In this document: positions 28,715-37,079 of the stretch, in pieces
Position numbering within the stretch: the first letter of the stretch is position 1
Layout: every line of letters starts with the position of its first letter
From: a virus
Taxonomy: Duplodnaviria; Caudoviricetes
Length of the DNA stretch: 38,178 bases
Virus record (IMG/VR): IMGVR_UViG_3300027769_000007
Span: 1 to 38,178 of that record
Strand: one strand, 5' to 3'
Notes under the pieces: generated by a model
Database searches by the model: none
Told to the model about the DNA's origin: nothing
Seen by the model: the letters and a program-made list of their open reading frames with translations, nothing else
Position numbers and translations under genes: made by a program

Positions 28715-29728
28715 TTAGAGAAGTTTTTCAATCAGACGGGCGGCGTCTTGGACGCGACCCGTTTTGGCGAGGCGTTGCCTATCACGATTCGCTTCTGAAG
28801 TAACTTTACCCACTTTGGCTGAACCCGGCTTGGATACAGGAACCGTTTGTTTCGGTTTGGCCTGATTCCGCTTGGCAAGCATTTCATCGTACTTCATGGC
28901 CTTATACAAGCCAAGAACCGCACGATGGTCGGTAACGGCGTCTAATTCTTCCGCCGAGAATCCGAGTTTTTGGGCATATTCTTTGACTTTAGTACGTTCG
29001 GCGCTGGCTACTTTCGCGTCTTTCCATGACGGCATACGTTCTAGCAGCAACTCACGTTCCTGGGTCAAATGATGCTCAAACTGCTTAACTTGCTCGTTCT
29101 GGTGCAACTGGTTAAGGCGGGCTTGTTCGGCCTGAATGGCCGCAAGTTGCTCTTGACGGTGTTGCATTTGAACGCGCCATTTGCGTTCTTCCTGAATCGC
29201 GCCAATGGGGTCTTGTTGATACAAAGTTTCCCAATCCGGCTCTTGATTCGCCATCGTGTACAGCTGTTGCTGTAACGCGGGTAAAAGTTGTTCGTACTGC
29301 GAACGTTCTTCCCGGATAACACTCAACTCGGCTTCCAGAGCCTTACGCTCCTCAGCCACTTGTTGAGTTTTACGGGTATAGTCCGACTGGCGCAGATAAC
29401 CTTTCTTGAGTTCGTCAACCGTAACCTGTTTGCCGTCAAGTTCGACAACAATTTCTTGAGGTTGGTCTTCTTGCTCGCCTGGCTCTGCTTCCTCGTCGTA
29501 CTCGGAATCGTCGTTGTCGAGATCTTCGGGTGCCTCGCCGTTGTCCTCGACATCATCGGATTCTTCTGCGTCGGAAGTTTCCTCGTAGGAATCTTCGTCT
29601 GCTTGCAACGCTTCGTCCTGTTCTGGGGCTTGGTTGTCGCCATCTTCGGCGGCCAGCATACTAGAAATGGCACTTTGCGCTTCGCTGATACCGATTCCAC
29701 CGCTAGGTAGTGTGTCGGATTTGCTCAT
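28715..29728 (-). CDS. Scaffolding protein
   Basis: Acidic N-terminus, VTVDELKKGYLRQSDYTRKTQ, coiled coil; precedes capsid. Confidence 0.85.
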   Translation of the reverse strand: MSKSDTLPSGGIGISEAQSAISSMLAAEDGDNQAPEQDEALQADEDSYEETSDAEESDDVEDNGEAPEDLDNDDSEYDEEAEPGEQEDQPQEIVVELDGKQVTVDELKKGYLRQSDYTRKTQQVAEERKALEAELSVIREERSQYEQLLPALQQQLYTMANQEPDWETLYQQDPIGAIQEERKWRVQMQHRQEQLAAIQAEQARLNQLHQNEQVKQFEHHLTQERELLLERMPSWKDAKVASAERTKVKEYAQKLGFSAEELDAVTDHRAVLGLYKAMKYDEMLAKRNQAKPKQTVPVSKPGSAKVGKVTSEANRDRQRLAKTGRVQDAARLIEKLL

Positions 29729-29755
29729 ATTGTAACACCTTTTTGCAAAATGGGC

Positions 29756-30049
29756 TTATCGCCCGAATCGGTAACCAGCCACTCGACTGGTGAACTCCGA
29801 GAGTTTCTCTAATCGCGACTTGGTAAACTTACCGTTTTCCGCCGTGATCCGTAGGTGTTCTCGGACTTCTTGTAAGACCTGAAGTTTCAGGTACAGCTTT
29901 TCGCGCGCCTCGACTTCGAGAGGTGAAGTCGTGGCCCACGCATTAGTGATATGGGTAGCCACTTTCTCAAAAGATTCTTTGAGAAGTTCATGGTTTAGCA
30001 AACGCTCGGCTTCAGCGCCGCGACGGATGATGTCTTCAGAATTGTCCAT
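29756..30049 (-). CDS. Small conserved protein between portal and scaffold
   Basis: AERLL, EAREKLY; gene order. Confidence 0.7.
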   Translation of the reverse strand: MDNSEDIIRRGAEAERLLNHELLKESFEKVATHITNAWATTSPLEVEAREKLYLKLQVLQEVREHLRITAENGKFTKSRLEKLSEFTSRVAGYRFGR

Positions 30050-32276
30050 TCATTCCCTCGGGCGGCATTTGCGGCTGGGCTTGAGTCTGCGCTTGGGCTT
30101 GTAACTGGGCCTGGAGCGCGGCCATCTGCTGCTGGTTGACAGCGTTCATGGCGGCGCGGTCACGATCAACCATCGCCTTAATTTCGGCGGTGTTGACCTG
30201 GGCGTTATACTTGAGTTCCAGTTCCTTGGCGCGAAGCATAACTTCAACGTCCAGCTTGTCATGCTCAAGGTCGTCCTTGGCCACGGCTTCCTGTTTCTTG
30301 AGTTCAAGTTCTTGCTGTTGAAGCACAATCTTGTCGGCTTCGGCCTTGGCTTGCGCCTGGGCCAGGATAAGTGCCGGGTCCGGCGGTGGCGGCTCGGGCG
30401 GGGCGGGCGGCGCCGGCGGGGTCTTGGCCGGATCTTTGAAGAACTCTTCGGAGTTCTTGAAGCCAGCCATGTTGACCATTTTGGCCAGCGTGTTGCGGTA
30501 TTCTTGGATGCCGACCAGCGGGTTGTCGATGCCGGCTTGCGTCATAATGGCTTCTTGCTTGGCAGCAATCTGGCTCAAGAACATCATGCGCTCGTCGTCA
30601 TTACCCCGGCCAAAGCCGACGTTGATGACTACATCCATATCCGCCGGCCACAGGCTCGGATCAACCGGCACCCACTCGTTACGCAGTCGAATGACGCGCG
30701 AACGGTTCTGGTGCTTCTTCATCAGGACCAGAAGGCCCTTATACAGATTCTTCAGGCCAGCGGCGAAGTGGCGGGCAATCATCTCAATCTGCTGTTGCGA
30801 TGCAGACAGGGTGGCCGATACGGCCGCCTTAGTGCTGGACTGAAGGGCGTCGGCGTCCAGGCCAGCAGCGGCCTTGGAAATACCCGTACGGTTTTCCTTC
30901 ACTTCGTCCATGTAGGCCAGCACCGGCATAGCGGCACCGCCAAGGAAGTTGGTTTCAAACGGCGTCACCATGCCCGGCGCGCGCTGACGGATAATCGCGC
31001 CGACTTCGTTGTTCAGGACGTCGTCGATATTGACTTGGCCGTCCACAACGGCGGTACGCGGGTTGATGGACTGCGCCAAGGAATCAAGCATACCCCGCAT
31101 AAGATGGGACTTGATTTTCTGGATGTCCATAACCGCTTCGGCCACAGAGTAGCCAAAGAACAGATGCGGTTCCGGGTCGGGACAAAGAACGGCAAACGGG
31201 GCTTCATCAGCCGGCTCGTTCATCACCACGTTGTAGGCACCACCCATCGTGCAGACGCGGCGCAGTTCGGCGATGCCGTCGCCGTCATAGTCGTAACGGA
31301 CCCATGATTCGATGTACAGGACGCGCTTGACGATGTCGGAATAGTCGGTGCCGTATTGGTCGGTACGAGCAAGGAACTCGTCGTTATCGTCCAGTTCGTT
31401 GCCGCTGGTGGTGTAGCCTTCAACCACTTCGGGGTCGTAGCCCATGGCAACCAGTTCGGAAACGGTCTTCATCGAACGGTGGCCGACTAGCTGGGCGTCG
31501 TCAATGGTACGCGCGCGCCGGTCAATGATAAATTCTTCCGGCGGCACAGCGCAGATGACGATGCGGTTGGCGGCGGTCTTGCGGTTGACCCGGACGTCAT
31601 ACAGTTGCGGAATTTCAACAGGAATCGGAAGGCCAGAAGCCGGGTCGATAGCCGGCTCAATCGGAGCCACGCGCTCGGCTTCCGGGTCGTCATACTGAGC
31701 CAGCATTTCGACTTCCACGCCTTCTTCGTCGTACAAGGCGGTCAGTTCGTTCTCGCCAAGGCCGGTATATTCAGCGGAACTAACCGAAACGGAGTCGTCC
31801 CAGTACCACTTCAGGATGCCGGACTTGCGGACCAGGGCGTCCTTAAAGGCTGCCGTAAAGATCGAAAAGCCGTCATTGTCCGATTCGACCACATATCGGG
31901 CGTAATCGGTGGCTTGTTTGGCAAACGGGATGTCTTCAGGGCCATTTGGGGCATATTCGACCATATTGTCGGCCGAAAAGAATACCCGCATCAGGCTCGG
32001 AAGCATGGCGTTTACGGTGTCGCGGACGTCCCGGCTGACCACCTGGCTGCGGCCGTCCATCTCGTCGCCGAACAGGTCGCCCTTGTAGTATTCCGTGGCC
32101 AAAGCCCGTCGCGGCGAGATTTCCTCGTCGATAAAGTCTTCGCAGTCGTTGATCAGCGTACCGACAAATGACTCAAATTCCTCGTCGGAACGGTCTTCCG
32201 GCTGGTCTTCTTCGACCACAGCTACCGCCGTCACGTTGACGTCAATGAAGTCATTGAAAGGATTCGGTGTGGACAC
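30036..32276 (-). CDS. Portal protein (P22-type, long C-terminal coiled coil)
   Basis: YYKG, GRSQVVSRDV, VPPEEF, PEPHLFFG, ENRTG; between terL and scaffold. Confidence 0.9.
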   Translation of the reverse strand: MSTPNPFNDFIDVNVTAVAVVEEDQPEDRSDEEFESFVGTLINDCEDFIDEEISPRRALATEYYKGDLFGDEMDGRSQVVSRDVRDTVNAMLPSLMRVFFSADNMVEYAPNGPEDIPFAKQATDYARYVVESDNDGFSIFTAAFKDALVRKSGILKWYWDDSVSVSSAEYTGLGENELTALYDEEGVEVEMLAQYDDPEAERVAPIEPAIDPASGLPIPVEIPQLYDVRVNRKTAANRIVICAVPPEEFIIDRRARTIDDAQLVGHRSMKTVSELVAMGYDPEVVEGYTTSGNELDDNDEFLARTDQYGTDYSDIVKRVLYIESWVRYDYDGDGIAELRRVCTMGGAYNVVMNEPADEAPFAVLCPDPEPHLFFGYSVAEAVMDIQKIKSHLMRGMLDSLAQSINPRTAVVDGQVNIDDVLNNEVGAIIRQRAPGMVTPFETNFLGGAAMPVLAYMDEVKENRTGISKAAAGLDADALQSSTKAAVSATLSASQQQIEMIARHFAAGLKNLYKGLLVLMKKHQNRSRVIRLRNEWVPVDPSLWPADMDVVINVGFGRGNDDERMMFLSQIAAKQEAIMTQAGIDNPLVGIQEYRNTLAKMVNMAGFKNSEEFFKDPAKTPPAPPAPPEPPPPDPALILAQAQAKAEADKIVLQQQELELKKQEAVAKDDLEHDKLDVEVMLRAKELELKYNAQVNTAEIKAMVDRDRAAMNAVNQQQMAALQAQLQAQAQTQAQPQMPPEGMNGQF

Positions 32277-32307
32277 GAAGCGACGCCTTTGAAAGATATT
32301 TGGGGCA

Positions 32308-32336
32308 ATTATAGCACGGTTTTACAGATAGTTAAA
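32308..32336 (-). promoter_or_regulatory. Extended -10 promoter for portal/head genes
   Basis: TGCTATAAT (complement of 32308-32316) with TTTAAC 17 bp upstream. Confidence 0.6.
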
Positions 32337-32357
32337 AAAAACCCCGCAAAGCGGGGT
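32333..32357 (-). terminator. Rho-independent terminator downstream of terL
   Basis: ACCCCGC-TTT-GCGGGGT followed by a T run on the - strand. Confidence 0.85.
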
Positions 32358-32403
32358 CAAGGCGCAGTTTCCCGCGCTAGGGGAGAGGACCAACCATGAA
32401 ACT
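32333..32403 (-). ncRNA. Candidate ~70-nt sRNA with anti-RBS seed
   Basis: TTGAAG-N16-TATAAT (TG-extended) at 32437-32410; seed UUUCAUGGUUGGUCCUCUCCCC; GCGCGG-GAAA-CUGCGC hairpin; terminator. Confidence 0.45.
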
Positions 32404-32410
32404 AAGGGCA

Positions 32411-33817
32411 TTATAGCATCTTTAGCCCGCGCTTCAAGGTTTTAGACCATTTCGATCCAAAAGAGTTCCCGTAAAGTGCAGTTCCGGCATCTGCACCAAA
32501 CGTCAGAACAAATGCATCTGCCACGTCGGGGCTTCGGCGGATACGCCGTTTGGTCTGGTCTTTGGACTCGATGGCCAGCCGCCCGGTAGAATCCGGGGAC
32601 AAATACTTGACGCTGACAAGATCCGCGCACAGTTCGTCGTCCTTGGGCATGGAGCAGTCGCGCTGCTCGAACCAGGCCTTGGCCTTGAACCACAACTCGG
32701 TTCGCAAGTTCTTGTATGAATTTTTCAGGGCCGGGGACTCGGAAACGTTGATACCGCGAACGGGTAAACCTAACTCCCGGAGCCTATCGACCACGCCGGC
32801 GCCCAGGCCGATGCTGTCCACCAGGATCTCCTGGGGAACGTCGCCTGGCTCACACGAATCGTACTCGGCCTTGACCACGCCCGCCACTTGCATGATGTCC
32901 AGCTTGCGCCATTTGCGGATAGGTTCGATCAGGCGGTTGGACTGGCGCTTGGCTAAGGCGGTGGCGTCGTCGCCGAAGCGGGCCACGTCAACGCCCCAGA
33001 TGATGGGCGCGCCCGGCATGGTCTGGACGTCGCGGGTCATGGCGTCCTCGACCAGCACCAGCGGGATGACGGTATCGTCGTCGGCCTTGGGGAACTCGCC
33101 GAGGACGCGGACGCGGTAGGCGTTGGAGTCTTCGCCGTAGGCGTCTGCCACTTGCTTAACGAATTGTGAACTAACCAGCCTAGAATCGACACAGCTAACC
33201 TTGCGGGTACACCAGTTTTCCCGGTTCTTGTTGTGGGTGTCGAAGAAGAAGCCGGATGTCCGCGTGGGGTTTCCCAGCAACAAGGTCGTGGCGTGTTCGC
33301 CGGACATGGAGCCGACGGCTGCCTCGAACACCTGTTCTGCAACGCCCGATGCCTCGTCCGCCACCAGAAGGACGTTCTCGGAGTGAACACCCTGAAGCGC
33401 CTCGGGGCTTTCGGCGCGCGCGGTACGGGCCGAGATGAACGCGCCGGTGGGATCTGCTTTGAGTTCGATACGCTCTTGCTTGACTTCCAGCAGTTCCAGC
33501 AACGCGGGCGGCAGACGGCGGGCGCACGACTTGAGTTCGGCGAACAGGGCGTCGAACAGCTGGGCGGACGTCGGGGCCGTCACCACCACTTTGACCGGGT
33601 AGCGGGTTAGCAAGAACCAGAGCATGGCCCAAGAGGCTGCCGAGGACTTACCGACGCCGTGGCCCGAGCGAACGCTGATTTGGCGCTTGCCCTCGGCAAT
33701 CTGCCCCAGCATCCAGACTTGCCACTCGTCGGGTTCGACCCCAAGGACTTCCTTGACAAAGGCAACGGGGTTGTTGCGGTACAGCGCGAGAAACTCGACA
33801 AACGGATTATTCGTCAT
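32411..33817 (-). CDS. terL: Terminase large subunit
   Basis: SGHGVGKS Walker A, VADEASG Walker B, GNPTR, RVLGEFP, GVDVARFGDD, SPDVADA. Confidence 0.95.
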   Translation of the reverse strand: MTNNPFVEFLALYRNNPVAFVKEVLGVEPDEWQVWMLGQIAEGKRQISVRSGHGVGKSSAASWAMLWFLLTRYPVKVVVTAPTSAQLFDALFAELKSCARRLPPALLELLEVKQERIELKADPTGAFISARTARAESPEALQGVHSENVLLVADEASGVAEQVFEAAVGSMSGEHATTLLLGNPTRTSGFFFDTHNKNRENWCTRKVSCVDSRLVSSQFVKQVADAYGEDSNAYRVRVLGEFPKADDDTVIPLVLVEDAMTRDVQTMPGAPIIWGVDVARFGDDATALAKRQSNRLIEPIRKWRKLDIMQVAGVVKAEYDSCEPGDVPQEILVDSIGLGAGVVDRLRELGLPVRGINVSESPALKNSYKNLRTELWFKAKAWFEQRDCSMPKDDELCADLVSVKYLSPDSTGRLAIESKDQTKRRIRRSPDVADAFVLTFGADAGTALYGNSFGSKWSKTLKRGLKML

Positions 33818-34283
33818 CTGATTCGTCTTCGTCCTGTTCAATGGCGGGGGTCACGACTTCGGCGTCGATGGTGATACCTTGCCCGACTTGCTTCAGGGCC
33901 TGGAGGTGGAGATCGCCAATGGACAGGTTGACCTGGACTTGCTGTTTCTGCTCACCGAACGTCGCGCGGTCAAATACACTCGCTAATTTCATAGCGGCCT
34001 CAAACTGGAGCCGCTTGACATTGACATCTTCCGGCATCGCGCGCTTGACGCCCTCGAATGCATCTTCCACCTGAACGCCGGCCGCGATGGCCTTGGCCAT
34101 CATAAACTTGTCGTTCCACTCCGGCTTCTTCAGCAGAAAGGCCAACTGCGATGGGCTGGTCACGTAGTCCTCGGCCAGCCGCCGCATCGACGTTCCGCTG
34201 GCAATCCTATCCAACAGCGTTTCGTATCCGCCCGTTTCGGCGATACGAAGTTTCAAACTTCTCAACTTGGGACGCCCGGCCAT
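33807..34283 (-). CDS. terS: Terminase small subunit
   Basis: HTH-like LLDRIASGTSMRRLA, helical core, HLQALK; directly upstream of terL. Confidence 0.78.
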   Translation of the reverse strand: MAGRPKLRSLKLRIAETGGYETLLDRIASGTSMRRLAEDYVTSPSQLAFLLKKPEWNDKFMMAKAIAAGVQVEDAFEGVKRAMPEDVNVKRLQFEAAMKLASVFDRATFGEQKQQVQVNLSIGDLHLQALKQVGQGITIDAEVVTPAIEQDEDESDDE

Positions 34284-34285
34284 AC

Positions 34286-34966
34286 TTACCTCAATCCGTT
34301 TTCTTTGATGATTTTCGCAATCGTCGCCAGCGAAATGCTGATGTCGTAGAAACCTTCTACTTCATCGCAAATCTCACGAAGGCTGAGATTACGGTCCCGT
34401 CGGCACTCCAGGATAAACTGGATCGCCGGGTACTCCTCGGGGTGTGGCATGAGCATCGCCTCTTTACCCGTACCCTCGACATAATACCCGAAAGGCCGCT
34501 TGCCACCCGAATAACCGCCCGACTGTTTCTTGGCGTACTTGCCCGCCGCTACACGCTCGGCAATCCGGCTGCGCTCGAACTCGGCCATCGCCGCCAAAAG
34601 CGTGAAGAACAATTTGCCCATACCGTTTTCCGATATGGGGTCCGTGCTAATGTCTGCAACAATCAGCTTGACGCCCTGGCTGGCCCAGCGCTCGGCAGTC
34701 ACCAAGGCGTCCTGGGCCGAACGGAACATACGGTCTAGCTTGGCCGCGATAATCGTATCGCCGGTTTTCAACCTGGCCAGCATCTTGTACCCGGCTGGGC
34801 GTAGGCTCAGAGAAATACTTCCGCTGACACCTTCCTCGCGAAAAATATCATCGACCTTTATGCCGTGGTATTGGGCCACAGCGTTGATCTTCCTGGTCTG
34901 CTCTTCCAGGCTGGTGTTATCAACTTGGCCAGATGTGCTGACCCGGGTGTATCCATAAACGGCCAT
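34286..34966 (-). CDS. Serine recombinase (resolvase/invertase catalytic domain, short C-terminal DNA-binding domain)
   Basis: YGYTRVST (catalytic Ser), EEGVSG, RP, KLDRMFRS, AEFERSRIAER, PFGY; AGAGGAG RBS before ATG 34966. Confidence 0.9.
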   Translation of the reverse strand: MAVYGYTRVSTSGQVDNTSLEEQTRKINAVAQYHGIKVDDIFREEGVSGSISLSLRPAGYKMLARLKTGDTIIAAKLDRMFRSAQDALVTAERWASQGVKLIVADISTDPISENGMGKLFFTLLAAMAEFERSRIAERVAAGKYAKKQSGGYSGGKRPFGYYVEGTGKEAMLMPHPEEYPAIQFILECRRDRNLSLREICDEVEGFYDISISLATIAKIIKENGLR

Positions 34967-34996
34967 TTCGATGGCTCCTCTCTTTGGTTTCCGGTG

Positions 34997-35025
34997 ATAA
35001 TACGGCAAATAAACATATTCTGCAA
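34997..35025 (-). promoter_or_regulatory. Sigma70-type promoter for recombinase-terS-terL
   Basis: TTGCAG-17 bp-TATTAT on the - strand. Confidence 0.65.
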
Positions 35026-35231
35026 TACTCTTTTCAAAAAATATTAAAAATTTTTTTTGGGGTCGGTGTTATAGATTTTTGGTGCTAAGTGGTTGGCCAG
35101 ATGTGTATGGGCCTAGCCAGGCCGCGCCCCCCGGCCCGATGCGACCTGGGGGGGGTATCCGGCGGCGCTCGAACCCCGGGCCGTTCCAGGCGCCGCACAA
35201 TACCCCGGCTTATCGCTGGAAAGCCCAGCAG

Positions 35232-35244
35232 AATCAACAGGTTA
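35232..35244 (+). promoter_or_regulatory. IHF consensus site
   Basis: AATCAACAGGTTA matches WATCAANNNNTTR exactly. Confidence 0.5.
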
Positions 35245-35373
35245 TAGCGTCTGCTTGTATTAACACGTAAACGGCCAGGGCCTGGGATCCTGGCCGATAT
35301 CGGCAGCGGTCCGGCAGATCGGCGCCTGGACGCCGATTTTGGCACCTATATGCCCGGCGCGCTGCTCTACGGC

Positions 35374-35589
35374 CCAGGACCAGGACGACCAGGACGACCA
35401 GGACGACCAGGACGACCAGGACACCAGGCCAGGCGATCCAGGCCAGGACACCAGGACACCAGGACGCCAGGACCAGGACACCAGGACCAGGACACCAGGA
35501 CGCCAGGCCCAGGACCTGGCCAGGCCTTCCAGGCGATCCAGGCCCAGGACCTGGCCGGGCATTCCAGGCCTTCCAGGGCCGGATCCTGG
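35374..35589. repeat. Irregular CCAGG(AC) array
   Basis: About 28 CCWGG by manual count, ~25 as CCAGG on +, including 4 x CCAGGACGA. Confidence 0.95.
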
Positions 35590-35592
35590 CCG

Positions 35593-35851
35593 GACGGATC
35601 GCTTTTTCATCCGTCATTCGGCGCATACTATTGAAAACACTAGAAAAACAGGGCTTTTTAAGGCCTTTTCCGCCGGATTGACGGATCCAGCCTATCTATC
35701 AATCTATAATGTTACATGTGGGTTAAGCTTTCATTCATATACATTAACGCGTTACGTATAGGACGTTAACCTAATCCGGCGTTCCGTCATCCGTCAAGAA
35801 TTGTTATTTATCAGTAGTTTATGCCGGACGGATCCGGACGGATTGACGGAT
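35593..35851. repeat. GACGGAT iteron-like repeats in both orientations (candidate origin)
   Basis: GACGGAT at 35593, 35680, 35827, 35837, 35845; ATCCGTC at 35609, 35789; TTCCGTC at 35782; AT-rich core ~35690-35770. Confidence 0.65.
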
Positions 35852-35962
35852 CCCGGTACTGAATACGTATGCATGGCCGGGAATTGCCCTTTTTTTGAGA
35901 GATAATATTTTCACCAGGCGCCGGCTAATTCCGGCCGGCGCCATTACCTGGAGCAAAAGACA

Positions 35963-36085
35963 ATGAAAAAGATTAGCTTTCACGATATCGCAATTCCGGC
36001 CGGCCTGATCTTTAGCGCCGGGCTTCTTTTCTCGTTTTACATTCCCGGCGTGCTGCCGGCCGTTCGCAATTTCCTGGGAGCATAA
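35963..36085 (+). CDS. 40-aa membrane peptide
   Basis: GGAG RBS; MKKISFHDIAIPAGLIFSAGLLFSFYIPGVLPAVRNFLGA. Confidence 0.6.
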   Translation: MKKISFHDIAIPAGLIFSAGLLFSFYIPGVLPAVRNFLGA

Positions 36086-36088
36086 AAA

Positions 36089-36205
36089 ATGAATAAAGCT
36101 TATTCCCGGATCCAGCGCCGCCAGGCCCTTAAGGCCCTGGCCGTCGATATCACCGCCGGCGTCGCATTCTGTTTTTTATTCTTCACAATTCTATTTTCTC
36201 TTTAA
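36089..36205 (+). CDS. 38-aa membrane peptide
   Basis: GGGAG RBS; MNKAYSRIQRRQALKALAVDITAGVAFCFLFFTILFSL. Confidence 0.6.
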   Translation: MNKAYSRIQRRQALKALAVDITAGVAFCFLFFTILFSL

Positions 36206-36225
36206 TCAATAAAGGAACCTTCCCA

Positions 36226-36663
36226 ATGAACAATGAAACCGAAAACACAAATACCGTCGACGTGCTGCCGCTGCTGGCTAAATTCATTCGCCAGCGGCCC
36301 GGCCTGGAATATGGCAATTATGGTGACGTGAAAGCATACCGGGCAGAATTGCGCGGGATTACGGCCGATCTGCACGCTGCCGAAAAGCTGCTAAATTATG
36401 CCGGCATTTTTTCCGGCGTCCGGGAATACGTGAACCGGGAGTTATCGGATCGCGGCGGCCGGCTGCAATATAACGCGGCCAGTAATAGCCTGGAATATTG
36501 CACCGGGCAGTATTGGCCTACAGAATACCGGCGCGCGGCCGCTAATCTGCTGGCCAGCGCGATCTGGGCCTATTGGCGCGACTGTGGATATTCCGGCCAG
36601 GCCATGCGCGAACAGGCCCGGCGGGAATTCGGCCGCGGTATCGCTGCACGTTTTTTCAATTAA
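36226..36663 (+). CDS. Early hypothetical protein
   Basis: AAGGA RBS; YCTGQYWPTEYR motif. Confidence 0.8.
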   Translation: MNNETENTNTVDVLPLLAKFIRQRPGLEYGNYGDVKAYRAELRGITADLHAAEKLLNYAGIFSGVREYVNRELSDRGGRLQYNAASNSLEYCTGQYWPTEYRRAAANLLASAIWAYWRDCGYSGQAMREQARREFGRGIAARFFN

Positions 36664-36683
36664 CTATAAAAGGACCATTACCA

Positions 36684-37079
36684 ATGAAAACTAAATTCTA
36701 TTATTACCAGGATCCAGGCCATGCCTGGGCCGCTGTTCCGGTGTCATTGCTCGAGCAGCTGGGCATTGTTGGAAAGATTAGCGCTTTTTCCTATTGGCGC
36801 GGAAAAACGGCCTACCTGGAGGAGGACCGCGATCTGGCCGTTTTTTTCAACGCATACCGCGTGACGTTCGGCACCTATCCGATCCTGATCAGTAAGCATT
36901 CCGATGATCGATCCCCGATCCGGTCCTATGCCCGGTTCACGTATTCACCGGCCGCGCAATGGTATAAGATCCGCGCGGCAGCAGCGGCCCAGGGATATGG
37001 AACAATTTTAGAAGCTGCCGCGGCGTCCGGGCATTTACAATTTATTACGTTGGGCCTGGCCCAGGAGGCTGCAAAATGA
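36684..37079 (+). CDS. Early hypothetical protein (DPGHxW...YLEED type)
   Basis: AAGGA RBS before ATG 36684; DPGHAW, ISAFSY, YLEEDRD. Confidence 0.78.
   Translation: MKTKFYYYQDPGHAWAAVPVSLLEQLGIVGKISAFSYWRGKTAYLEEDRDLAVFFNAYRVTFGTYPILISKHSDDRSPIRSYARFTYSPAAQWYKIRAAAAAQGYGTILEAAAASGHLQFITLGLAQEAAK

Noticed and set aside
27703-32171. Long antisense ORFs (27703-28803, 30261-31307, 31605-32171), likewise 15658-16446 and 17288-18127
   Set aside because: Shadow frames of GC-rich structural genes with no recognisable motifs.
32396-32416. Six-codon + strand ORF MKLRAL with strong RBS
   Set aside because: Too short, no + strand promoter seen, and the GNRA hairpin and terminator polarity favour a - strand RNA.
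34286-34966. IS607 or Tn3-type transposon
   Set aside because: No N-terminal MerR-like HTH, no TnpB or transposase neighbour, no terminal inverted repeats; the gene is embedded in the packaging operon.
35160-35190. tRNA 3' end / attP (TCGAACCCC...CCA)
   Set aside because: No T-stem pairing or cloverleaf.
35234-35761. Low-complexity ORFs across the left array (QDD, PGR, LVV repeats), and 37794-38054 across the right array
   Set aside because: Open in several frames on both strands because the repeats lack stops; no convincing RBS; unit lengths are mostly not multiples of three.
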